Shown in pieces: positions 8,901-17,256 of a DNA stretch of 64,000 nucleotides (within the stretch, counting starts at the first letter, position 1; every line of letters begins with the position of its first letter). The notes beneath the pieces were generated by a model, which searched no databases, was not told the origin of the DNA, and saw only the letters and a list, made by a program, of their open reading frames with translations. The translations under genes and the position numbers were made by a program. The DNA is taken from positions 1,984,001 through 2,048,000 of the forward strand of contig CAKKNE010000001.1 of the NCBI GenBank assembly GCA_918797485.1, read 5' to 3'. This stretch comes from Pelagomonas calceolata (taxonomy: Eukaryota).

Positions 8901-11900
8901 TCGGCGAACTCGGTGCCCTGACGAAGCTCGACTTGAGAGGGTGCTCGAACCTCGCCGCGCTACCGGACGCGATCGGCGAGCTCGGTGCGCTGACGGGGCT
9001 CAACTTGAGCGGCTGCTCGAGCCTTGTCGCCCTACCGGACTCCATTGGTAAGCTCGGCGCGCTGACGATGCTCAATTTGAACGGTTGCTCGAGCCTCACG
9101 TATCCTCCGAAAGAGATGCATGGCAACGTGCACAAAACCGTCGGCTTCTGTTGCCTCAAACTGCTGGAAGACGGCAAAGTGTCTGTGGCAGACGTGAAGA
9201 AGAGTATCTTAAATCACGTGGTCTCTGGAGGAACCGCCGAGCGCATCGACGCGCTCGCGAGCAAGGATTCGGCGTTTGCGGACATCACCGAATCAGCCAG
9301 GGCCGACTTCGCCACTCTGCGAAAACTGCGCGACGACGACGCGAGCGGTGCGCTCAAGAGGTACTTTGGGGACGGCGAGGACCCGCGCGAGTGGACACGC
9401 GTTACGGTGACGGACGGCCGGGTGCCGAAGCTCGACTTGTCCTACTGCAGGAGCCTCGCCAAATTGCCGGCCGCGATCGGCGGGCTCGGCATGCTGGCGT
9501 TTCTGAACTTACAACACTGCTCGAGCCTCGCCGAACTGCCGGACGCGATCGGCGAGCTCAAAGCGCTGACGGAACTCAACTTGACAGGGTGCGAGAGCCT
9601 CGCCGCGTTGCCGGCCGCGATCGGCGAGCTCAAAGCGCTGAGGAGGCTCGACTTGACAGGGTGCGAGAGCCTCGCCGCGTTGCCGGCCGCGATCGGCGAG
9701 CTCAAAGCGCTGAGGAGGCTCGACTTGAACAAATGTTCGAGCCTCTCCGCCCTACCGGAGTCGATGGCCGGTCTCGACGCGCTGACAAAGCTCAACTTGA
9801 GCGGCTGCTCCAAGCTGACGTTCCCAACCCCACACACGCACGGAGATGGTGCTGAGCGAATCAAACGTCTCCTCGCGAACACGACTAGCTTCCTCGACGA
9901 GGGCCTCCGTGCGGCCGACGCTGACGACGACGCAAAAGCGGACTTCCTCGAGATCGTCCACTGCGCGCCCTTCGCCGACCGCCTCGAAGAAGCAGTAAGA
10001 AAGGACCCGGCGCTCGCCGACCTCACGAACGACAAGGGCCAGCGCGCCATCGATCTCGCCTGCTTAGAATGCCGCAGCGCTATGCAAAAAGCCCTTTTCT
10101 TCCTCGGCCGCTACGACGTCGACAAAGGCCCGCCGGAGCACCGGTCCGCGACGTCGCTCGTCGTGCGAGCCGTCGACCACGAGGCGGCCGACGATTACGG
10201 GAAGCTATTTGACGAATTCGACAAGGACGGTAGCGGGACACTTGACTCGAATGAGCTCGGAGCCCTCGCAACAAAGCTGGGCACGAACGTCGAGATCTTA
10301 AAGCTAGAAGACGGGCAAAGCTACACGAGAAAAGCGTTTGTCGCGAAATGCCAGCGGCTCTTCGGCAAGGAACGCAAGGTGGTCCTCAAGATCTTCCAGG
10401 TCGAAGAGCAGTGGCGGAACGAGAAGCGGGGCCGCGACGATCAACAGCTCGACGCGCGCTACGTCGTGCAGACGATCCCGGCGCCCACGGACGACGAATT
10501 TGCAAAAGCGCTCGGCGAGACGAATCTCTTCGGCGAAGGCGTCGGGTCTCGAGCCATAGTCATGGACGCCGCCAATCGAAACCTGTTCCAGATCTACCAG
10601 TCGGAGCGGCCGGATCTGAACAAGGTGCGCATGCTGATGCAGCAGGTCATGGAGTGCGTCCAGCATCTACACGAGAAGAGGCTCGTCCACGGCGACATCA
10701 AGATGCTCAACGTCGTGCGACTGTCCCTCGATAATCGCCTGCGCTTGATTGATCTAGACGCGGCCGCAAAGGTTAGCCGTCATGATGGAGACTACGTCTG
10801 CGCCAAGTTCTCGTCCGCGATTCTACCCCCGGAGTGCTTCGCCAAGCTCAACGCTGATCAAGTGACCAAATTTGAAGCGTACTTTGAAGGCGTTGACACG
10901 GAGCTCCGGGAGAAGGTAGCGCCAAAGACCAAGCATGGTGCATCGTACGTCGTCAAGACGTTCTCTCTCACCGATGATGGCGCCCCCAAAATCGACGGCC
11001 TGCCGTACGAGCTCGTGGAAGCATCCGTAGCTGTCGACTACTGGTCGCTCGGCGCACTCTTGTTCCAGCTGGTCGCGGGTGAACCGCTCGTGCCCTCGAA
11101 TCGCGACGACGACTGTGTTAACGCCAAAAGCATGGCCATATTGGCCTCTTGGAACGACCACGCTGCAAAAAAGAATTTGGCCGTTATCAAGGACGCCGCA
11201 GCGCGGGATCTCGCGTCGAAGCTGCTCGTCCGCGATCCTGATGAGCGGGCCGAATTTAGCATCGCCGACACACTCGCGGCACACCCATTCTTCAAGCCGC
11301 CCAAGCCTGGCGACGTGGCGACACAAGAAAAACTGGATAAGATCATCGAGCAACAAGAGAAGGATAGCAAGAAGTTAGATGCCATTCTTAGTCTGAGCGA
11401 GAAGCACCGCGACGAGCTCCGCCAGACGCGCAGCACGCTCATGCGGGCTATATATGAAGCCACAGAGGTCTCGACGCCGACGGCGTTTGTTGTTCTGAAG
11501 GAGCGACTCCCGGCGGGGGAAGCCAGCGTCGAGTTGACGTTGAACGATGACGGCACTGGGTTTGTGGTGGAGGGCGAAGCCGTCGACGAGGCGAAGGACC
11601 GATACGAAGAGAGCAAGACCTGGCTGAATCTTTGTGCGCGATTCGGGCGCGGCGTTGCGAAGTGCAGCCCATCGGCCATCGCCGAGGCCGTCGCTGGTGC
11701 CTGCGAGGAACTCGTGGTCGGCGAGGAGATGTGGTTATACTTGATAGACGAGCTGACAGGGAAACCCGTAGTGCCGGAGGGCGAATCCATCTACCCTATT
11801 CGCATCACCAAGCCGGCCGAGGTCGTTTCGAAGCTCTTACCGGCCATGCAGGTCGGCCTGCACGCGGCGTCACTGGTCAACGGCGTCGCGGGCGTCGTCC

Positions 11901-12379
11901 GACTCTTTGGCTACCCGTGCCCAAAGGTTCCCGAGGCGTGGCGCGAGGGCGCGCAAAACTCGGTCGAAGTGCTGAAGCAGGAGAGCTCGGTCGAGGCTTT
12001 TGGGGCGGTCCACGAGAAGGTGCAGGACGGCGGCGAAGAGACGGAGACGGTTCGAGGGGCGGCCCTGCGGGAGCTGGAGGCGTTTTATGCAAAATACGAT
12101 CCGGACCGGGAGTACGCGGGCCTGCGACGAATAGGCGACCCTAGCGACGGGACGGCCGTGTGGACGCTGTTGACGGACCCCGAGGAGGTGAAGGCGGCCA
12201 TTGAGAAACGCGCCGCGCAGCGCCGGGCGGAGGCGAGGCGGCACGACGAGAGATTCCAGGAGCTGATGGATAATGCCGAGGCCGGTGCCCCTGCGGCGGC
12301 CACGACACCGGCGATGCCGATCGCCGCGGCGGGCGGCGGCCCATCGGCCGCCCGCGCCCTCGCGTCGCCGCGGCGCTAG
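5987..12379 (+). CDS. Giant intracellular LRR protein with EF-hand-containing atypical Ser/Thr kinase domain
   Basis: The first in-frame ATG is at 5987. There are many 24-aa LRRs (GELGALTxLxLxxCSSLxxLPxAI), an EF-hand (DEFDKDGSGTLDSNEL) and kinase motifs (VVLK, HGDIKMLN, LIDLDAA, PPE, DYWSLG). Confidence 0.9.
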   Translation: MQGCLEEDFAALRKLRDESECDELKQAWSSEDPREWRFEYEGKQQPCVTVADGRVTVLTVKSADLTALPNSISDLGALQVLNLWFCSGLKALPATISGLGSLKDLTLWGCGSVVELPDAVGDLRKLTELNVQECGELAALPDTIGELGELTTLNLVGCSNLEKLPDAIDGREGLTVQLPIQLMTDSPLLEDFAVLRKLRDESECDELKAVWTGEDPRTWMCDFGGEQGQCIGVENDRVSVLALSCSSLVSLPDAIGELGALTELGLFECSSLAALPDAIGELKALTQLNLNGCSSLEKLPDAVAAREGLNVTLPFHLMILDLPASLREDFVTLRKLRDDDVSGALKEFFGDGDDPREWEDGDGDEIVTVEDGRVTKLVLYKCTKISALPAAIGKLGALTELTLCGCSNLAELPAAIGELKALTILNLIGCSSLVALPDAIGKLAALTMLELRDCSSLTYPPKEMHGNVHKTVGFCCLKILEDGKVSVADVKKSIVNHVITRGDLGRIDSLASKDSAFAEMTKSVRADFAALRKLRDDDASGALRKFFGDDEDPRGWKRGNAVTVSVDGVTELSLIGCSSLTALPAAIGELKALTRLDLRGCSSLAELPAAIVGRERLTVMLPTQLIPGSLDEDFAALRKLRDESECDVLKEAWTDDDPRNWKCDFEGDQQPCVQVAGDRVRGLQLSFSSLAVLPDAIGELGALTYLNLVNCSSLAALPAAIGELGALTELRLLECTSLAVLPDAIGELGALTELVLYNCSSLTTLPAVIGELGALTTLVLYGCSSLEKLPTAIDGLKGLTLELPAQLVTGPLAEDFAALRKLRDDDDTSGAIKESVGEDEDPRMWREGRSVTVADGRVTMLVLYECTKLTALPATIGELKALATLKLGKCSSLAVLPDTIGELGALTKLHLYKCTSLAALPDAIGELKALKSLELFTCSSLVALPESIGGLDALTELDLQGCSSLVALPDAIGELGALTKLDLRGCSNLAALPDAIGELGALTGLNLSGCSSLVALPDSIGKLGALTMLNLNGCSSLTYPPKEMHGNVHKTVGFCCLKLLEDGKVSVADVKKSILNHVVSGGTAERIDALASKDSAFADITESARADFATLRKLRDDDASGALKRYFGDGEDPREWTRVTVTDGRVPKLDLSYCRSLAKLPAAIGGLGMLAFLNLQHCSSLAELPDAIGELKALTELNLTGCESLAALPAAIGELKALRRLDLTGCESLAALPAAIGELKALRRLDLNKCSSLSALPESMAGLDALTKLNLSGCSKLTFPTPHTHGDGAERIKRLLANTTSFLDEGLRAADADDDAKADFLEIVHCAPFADRLEEAVRKDPALADLTNDKGQRAIDLACLECRSAMQKALFFLGRYDVDKGPPEHRSATSLVVRAVDHEAADDYGKLFDEFDKDGSGTLDSNELGALATKLGTNVEILKLEDGQSYTRKAFVAKCQRLFGKERKVVLKIFQVEEQWRNEKRGRDDQQLDARYVVQTIPAPTDDEFAKALGETNLFGEGVGSRAIVMDAANRNLFQIYQSERPDLNKVRMLMQQVMECVQHLHEKRLVHGDIKMLNVVRLSLDNRLRLIDLDAAAKVSRHDGDYVCAKFSSAILPPECFAKLNADQVTKFEAYFEGVDTELREKVAPKTKHGASYVVKTFSLTDDGAPKIDGLPYELVEASVAVDYWSLGALLFQLVAGEPLVPSNRDDDCVNAKSMAILASWNDHAAKKNLAVIKDAAARDLASKLLVRDPDERAEFSIADTLAAHPFFKPPKPGDVATQEKLDKIIEQQEKDSKKLDAILSLSEKHRDELRQTRSTLMRAIYEATEVSTPTAFVVLKERLPAGEASVELTLNDDGTGFVVEGEAVDEAKDRYEESKTWLNLCARFGRGVAKCSPSAIAEAVAGACEELVVGEEMWLYLIDELTGKPVVPEGESIYPIRITKPAEVVSKLLPAMQVGLHAASLVNGVAGVVRLFGYPCPKVPEAWREGAQNSVEVLKQESSVEAFGAVHEKVQDGGEETETVRGAALRELEAFYAKYDPDREYAGLRRIGDPSDGTAVWTLLTDPEEVKAAIEKRAAQRRAEARRHDERFQELMDNAEAGAPAAATTPAMPIAAAGGGPSAARALASPRR
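9581..9724 (+). repeat. Exact 72-bp tandem duplication of one LRR unit
   Basis: 9581-9652 is identical to 9653-9724 (ttgacagggtgcgagagcc...gaggaggctcgac). Confidence 0.9.
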
Positions 12380-12620
12380 ACCGTGGATTCGCTGCGCCGC
12401 GTCGAGGACCGGCTCGCCAGCATCGAGGACCGGCTCCGGGGGTTGTGTATATATTGGTTTTATTGATGTCCTCGATCGCATCACATCGATGTTACGGTGC
12501 TAGGACTAGTCCTCGACGCATGTAGCTAGCTTATACACACTAGCAACCCAAAGCAAGGCCAAGCAGCACGCTGCAGATTTCAGAGCCAAGCACAGCAACA
12601 GTCGATTTACCGAGCCAACA

Positions 12621-13061
12621 ATGGCCGACGACTCGGACTCGGACAGCTCCTTTGGAGAGATACCACTCTGTGCGCCAGCCCAGCCACTGCGAAAAGAGAG
12701 CGTCGTGGTCAAGCCGCCGGAGAGCGAATCCCTCGAGGCCTCGACGGCGCGGCGCGAGCGGGCCGAAAAGGAAAAGCGAGACGCGGCCGAAGCAAAGGAG
12801 CGCGAAGAGGCGCAGGCGCGCGAGCGCGCACGCATCAAAGCGGAGGCGGAGGCCGCGACGCGACGGGAAGAGGAGCCGCCGGCAGAAGACACGCCGCAGC
12901 TGCCGAAGGGCAGCCGCGCCCCGAAGCGCAAGGACGGCAAGCACGAGTCCTTCGACCAGAAGGAGAAGCGCTCCCGGAAGCAGCGGAACGAGTGCGACTG
13001 GAACCAGGAGGAGAAGCGCATCCTGCGCCAGACGACGGACGGCTACTCGCTGGGCTACTGA
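12621..13061 (+). CDS. Small charged hypothetical protein (146 aa)
   Basis: ATG in acaATGG context, Glu/Lys/Arg-rich, C-terminal FDQKEKR...EEKRILR motif. A CTAG element lies ~75 bp upstream. Confidence 0.7.
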   Translation: MADDSDSDSSFGEIPLCAPAQPLRKESVVVKPPESESLEASTARRERAEKEKRDAAEAKEREEAQARERARIKAEAEAATRREEEPPAEDTPQLPKGSRAPKRKDGKHESFDQKEKRSRKQRNECDWNQEEKRILRQTTDGYSLGY

Positions 13062-13352
13062 GCGCACGATGCGGCGTCCTAATCTGTCTCAGTTGTTGTC
13101 CGCGTGACGAGCATCAAAAGGCCGAATTCGAAGGCGGCGCTCCCTCTACGGAGGGGGGGTCGACGCCGCCTCGTGCTGACCATTCGACGAGAAAAGGTGG
13201 GCGCTTTTCGTGGCGCCCCGGACGGACGCTCCCTCCGCGCTTCGCGCTCGCGGGACGGTCTCCGACGCCGCTGAGCGGGCGCCCGGCGCAGGTTTCACTC
13301 GCGCGTGTCGCGGCGATGGCGTGGTGGGGGGTGTGTAAAAAGCATGACTGTC

Positions 13353-14558
13353 TTAGCTCAAGACCATATCCGCCTTCCGAATCACGACACCCGGCTCGCC
13401 CGAGTGCCGCGGCCGGAGCTCCGCGCAGCACCGCGACCGCTTCCCCGCGAGCGCTCTTAAGTCATCGGCGGCGTAGGCCGTCCGCCCCGCCGCGATGGCC
13501 GCGCCCGCGACGGACACGACCGCGACGTGCGCGCCCGCCCCAAAGTCCCCCACGACGCGCACGACGCCCACGGCTAATAAACTCCGTCCACAGTTCGACA
13601 CGACCTCGGCGGCGCCATCATCAACAACGACGCGGCCCTGAGCCGCCGCGCAAGGCTCGTCCTCGCAGACGCGCGACTCCTCCTCGGCCTCCTCGCGCTC
13701 GTGTACGAGCTTCGCGATCGAGCGCACGTGGTCGTCGCGGATACCGTGCTGGAGGAGCCAGCCGTCCAAGCGGTACAGGTAGTCGACGTTGCGGCCGCTC
13801 GGGCCCCGCGCCGACGCTATAATAGACGCTATCGTTGTGATTGGTGATTCGCCCGTGTGGCCGGCCGCTTTACTACGTTGTGGACAGCGCGGGCAGACGT
13901 AGGCCACGACGTCTCTGACGATGGGCACGTCGTCGGACGACCGCCCGTACAAATCGAGGCACCTCTTCTCGTAGGCCGACTCGCGCACGTCCATGGTCTC
14001 GAGGATGCGCGCGGCGTCGCGCGTCGGCAGCAAGAACGCGCAGCCCCAGCACCGGTCGTTGTCTCGTCCCTGCTCGAGCATGACGGCGCGGCCCGGATCT
14101 TTGCTGGTGCCTCTATGTTGTGCGTCGGCCAGGTGGAAGCGGCGGACGTGGCCCTTGACGTACCCCACAATGCTGCGCTCGAACGCAAACCCCTGGCGCC
14201 ACAGTATCGACCCGTACCCAAAAATCCAGATGTCGTCCCAGTCGTCGTGCACCGAATAGGCCTCGGCGCAGGCCGAGCGCTGGTGTTTCAATTCTCGTCG
14301 TTTGGGCGTCTTCGGCGAGGCGGGCGGGCTTCGCGGCGGCGTGCGCGGCGGCGTTCGGCAGGGCGGCACGGGTGGCTGCTCGCCCCTTGCTATACGCGCT
14401 TCCTCATCCAACCCTACCAATGACGCCCGCAGTCGAAAGGCGGCATGCCGCGCGTCCTCGCTCGGCAGCGGCCGTCTACTCTTCAGCCAGCGGTTGAAGA
14501 GCTCTATTCGCGCTGCATCGTCTTTGCACGCAGCCCAAGCTGATGTGAAGTCACTCAT
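13353..14558 (-). CDS. chaC: ChaC-family glutathione-specific gamma-glutamylcyclotransferase fused to a C-terminal ProB-type PUA domain
   Basis: ChaC motifs: IWIFGYGSILW, HRGTSKDPGR, DVRESAY, ASARGPSGRNVDYL. The C-terminus GRVVVDDGA...SLLAVGVVRVVGDFGAG...VIRKADMVL resembles the glutamate 5-kinase PUA domain. Confidence 0.85.
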   Translation of the reverse strand: MSDFTSAWAACKDDAARIELFNRWLKSRRPLPSEDARHAAFRLRASLVGLDEEARIARGEQPPVPPCRTPPRTPPRSPPASPKTPKRRELKHQRSACAEAYSVHDDWDDIWIFGYGSILWRQGFAFERSIVGYVKGHVRRFHLADAQHRGTSKDPGRAVMLEQGRDNDRCWGCAFLLPTRDAARILETMDVRESAYEKRCLDLYGRSSDDVPIVRDVVAYVCPRCPQRSKAAGHTGESPITTIASIIASARGPSGRNVDYLYRLDGWLLQHGIRDDHVRSIAKLVHEREEAEEESRVCEDEPCAAAQGRVVVDDGAAEVVSNCGRSLLAVGVVRVVGDFGAGAHVAVVSVAGAAIAAGRTAYAADDLRALAGKRSRCCAELRPRHSGEPGVVIRKADMVLS

Positions 14559-14769
14559 CGATGCGTTTGCGTCCCCGTCGATGCGTTTGCGCGCTTGCAG
14601 CCAAATTGCTGTGTCAAGCTCTCAGAGCAATGCTGGGCCTTGCGTGGCCAGCAGTGATCACTACGACTGATTACGACACAATAGACCCAGAATCGAATTC
14701 CAAGAGTGTATCAAGGCCAGTCAATACCCCGGCGGGTTGCACAAAAAAAGCTGTGCAAGCCAGAGCCAA

Positions 14770-14794
14770 GCTAGCGTCCTGTAAGACACTAGCA
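14770..14794. promoter_or_regulatory. CTAG pseudo-palindromic intergenic element
   Basis: GCTAGCGTCCTGTAAGACACTAGCA, ~210 bp upstream of chaC. Confidence 0.65.
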
Positions 14795-15010
14795 CCGCAT
14801 CAAAGAGGAGCCAGCGGCCAGTTCCACATCCTGACGGGGGTCGTCCCAAAAGAAGGGGGGGCGTGCGAGTCCCTGTGACTCAGCCCTTGCGTCCTAGTCC
14901 AGCCGGACGGGTGGGCCCAGGGGGAGCGGGAGGGGTACGGGGAACCCTGCGACGTAACTAGCCTCAGCCTCAGCCTCGCATCGAACGACCAATAAAAAGA
15001 ACAATATTAC

Positions 15011-16207
15011 TCAACAAAGAAACGGCTGCACCATGAACCCGTCGACCAGGTCGGAGAACTGCTCGTCGTCGCGCGCGGCCGCCGGGACAGTGGAAGAACC
15101 GCGGTGCACCGCGTTCGTGTTGTGCTTGAAGAGGCGCGACACGCGCAGCGCCGCGTCCCGCCTATCCGAATCGCCCATGCCGATGACTGATAAGGCGGGC
15201 ACCGTGTCGACCCACCCCGACCGCCAGAAAATCGACAACGCGTGCTTCTGGCCCCGCAACTTTTTGACGACGGCGTTCATGGCCTCGAGGTCCTCGTCGA
15301 CGGCGTGCACGGGCACGACGCCCTTCCACGTCGGGTTCGTGAGGTTATCAATACCGAGCGTCCGGCAGACGCCCCGCGCCGACAGGCCGACCACAATCTG
15401 CGCCGCCTGGCCCACGCCCAACAGAATCTGGAAGGGCCCGCGCTTTTTGACGAACTCCAGCACGCCCCTTAATGCATGTTCGATCTGCTGGTGGTCTTGC
15501 GCGTTCCACCACCGATGCTTGCCGTTCGTTGATAGCGGGCCGCGGAGGCACACGACGTCGTGTGGGCCTAACCCCATGTTCCCACATAGCACGGAGCAGG
15601 CCCTAACGTCGGAATCACGGTCATGCAAAGCGAGGACCCGCTTGCCCGCGCCCGGACATGTCAGAGTAGCGTCAGAAGCCTCCCACCACCAGCCCGAGCC
15701 CGGCGTTGCCGCGCGCGCATTGATGGAAGCGGCGACGTCTTCAGGTGAAGGCGCCTCGGGCGGCAGGACCTTCGCCGTGCCGTAGAAGGCCTCCGGGCTC
15801 TCGAAGCCCGCGTCCGCGTCCTCGGGGGGCACGAGGAGCCTCGGCTTGGGCACGGTGAAGGGTGGAGTGGGAGGCGCGTTTTCGTCGAGGTGCGGCGGCT
15901 TGACCACTTTCCCGGGCACGAGCCACGGGGCATTTTCCGCGAGGAACGCGCGGGCCGCGGCCTCCTCGGCCGGCGTGTTGAGGGCGTCATTGCGCGCGGC
16001 GCGTTCCTCCGCACTCCGTGCCGGGGCCTCGGCCTTTTTTGTCGAAGGGCGCGGTTTGGGCTTGAAGAAGGGCGTCGCTTCGATCTCTTCGTCGTCGCTG
16101 CTGCTCGGGCTGTCGGGTGCTGGGGCTGGAGCTGGTGGTCGGCGCCGCACCGGCGCCTGGTTGCGCGCGCGCGGCGGCGGCTTGAGGCGGGGCTCCTGGT
16201 AGGGCAT
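15011..16207 (-). CDS. FSH1/OVCA2-like alpha/beta-hydrolase fold protein, probably catalytically degenerate
   Basis: RVLALH, RWWN, GPFQILLGVGQAA (cf. GPFDGxxGFSQGA), PALSVIGMGD, HRGSSTVP. The N-terminus is Pro-rich. Confidence 0.6.
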   Translation of the reverse strand: MPYQEPRLKPPPRARNQAPVRRRPPAPAPAPDSPSSSDDEEIEATPFFKPKPRPSTKKAEAPARSAEERAARNDALNTPAEEAAARAFLAENAPWLVPGKVVKPPHLDENAPPTPPFTVPKPRLLVPPEDADAGFESPEAFYGTAKVLPPEAPSPEDVAASINARAATPGSGWWWEASDATLTCPGAGKRVLALHDRDSDVRACSVLCGNMGLGPHDVVCLRGPLSTNGKHRWWNAQDHQQIEHALRGVLEFVKKRGPFQILLGVGQAAQIVVGLSARGVCRTLGIDNLTNPTWKGVVPVHAVDEDLEAMNAVVKKLRGQKHALSIFWRSGWVDTVPALSVIGMGDSDRRDAALRVSRLFKHNTNAVHRGSSTVPAAARDDEQFSDLVDGFMVQPFLC

Positions 16208-16526
16208 TGTTTGGGCAGCGATGCGAGTCGTCGATGGCGTTTGGGCTGCCCTGGATCGAGCTTTGAAATGCTAGTGTGTCTACTCGCTAATATTATTGCT
16301 CTACGGCTGAAGTTGCCAGTCTTGGCTTGAAGTGGCTGCCATAGCAGCAGATTGTCCACTGCGCGATACAACTGCACCGTCTTGCCGCAACAGGAGTGTT
16401 TCGCTCCCAAAGAAAGGCGTAAACCAGCCTAGCACTTACCACAGCGCTGCTTCACTCACAAGCAGTGCAAACAACCAGCGCCGCCGAGCGCTGCCAGGAA
16501 CCCACTCTGCAGCGCGGAGCCACACG

Positions 16527-17234
16527 ATGCCGCCGCGCCGTAGCAGCCTCCTCCAGGCAGCACTGTTCGTCGCGAGCGCCGCGCCAGCGCGCGCGCGCAT
16601 CGGCCCGCCGCCCCTGGTCCCCGGCCGCAAGCTGCACGCGCGCGCGTCGCGGCGGCAGCTCGTCCTCGCGTCCATCACGCCGCCGCAAGCCCAACTCGCG
16701 GCGCGCCCGAGCGGCGACGAGCTGCTGGACACCGCGCTCCAGGGGCTGAAGTACTTCTCGTGGGCCCTCGACGTGGCGATCTTCGCCCCGTTCCTCGCGC
16801 AACTGCCCGTCATCGGCAACCTCCTGGCCCTCGAACCCATCCGCATGGTCCTGACGCCCGTCGAGCTCGTGATGCAGCCGTATTTTGCCGCGTGGCGGTC
16901 GCTGATCCCGATCCACCGGCCCATCGACCTGTCATTACTTCCGGCGTTCTACGCGCCGGCGCTCGCGCGGCGAGAGCTCATGAAGAAAAAGTTCAAAAAG
17001 TTAAGGGCGGCGCACGAGGCGCAACTGGCCCTGCAAGCGGCGGAGCAGGACCAACAGAAGCAGATCGCCGGCGGCGGCGTGCCCAAGGGCGCGAAGGCCG
17101 CCGTCGCGGCGATGGGCGGCGCCGCGGTCTTCACCGGTTTGGCATTGGCGGCGTCGAAGGCTCGGGCAAGTAGCAGCTTCGGGGAGGGTGGCGTGGCGGG
17201 GCTGGACGACATCGCGGAGCCCGTCGCCGAGTAA
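16527..17234 (+). CDS. YGGT (YlmG/CCB3-like) membrane protein, likely plastid-targeted
   Basis: Signal-like N-terminus LLQAALFVASAAPARA. MQPYFAAWRSLIP...IDLSLLPAF matches the YGGT pattern PYLxxFRxxIPxxxxxDxS. Confidence 0.6.
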   Translation: MPPRRSSLLQAALFVASAAPARARIGPPPLVPGRKLHARASRRQLVLASITPPQAQLAARPSGDELLDTALQGLKYFSWALDVAIFAPFLAQLPVIGNLLALEPIRMVLTPVELVMQPYFAAWRSLIPIHRPIDLSLLPAFYAPALARRELMKKKFKKLRAAHEAQLALQAAEQDQQKQIAGGGVPKGAKAAVAAMGGAAVFTGLALAASKARASSSFGEGGVAGLDDIAEPVAE

Positions 17235-17256
17235 ACTTCAAGTATCACTTAACACA

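Noticed and set aside
7855..9177. Long antisense ORFs here and opposite the channel genes (e.g. 27472..28554)
   Set aside because: Expected by-product of high GC3 codon bias; no independent protein motifs.
6000..9800. Regularly spaced repeats as a CRISPR array
   Set aside because: They are in-frame 72-bp coding LRR units without unique spacers, and no cas genes are present.
14860..14910. tRNA-like fragments (GTGCGAGTCCC, TAGTCCAGCCGG)
   Set aside because: The arms are in the wrong order and I could not build a cloverleaf.
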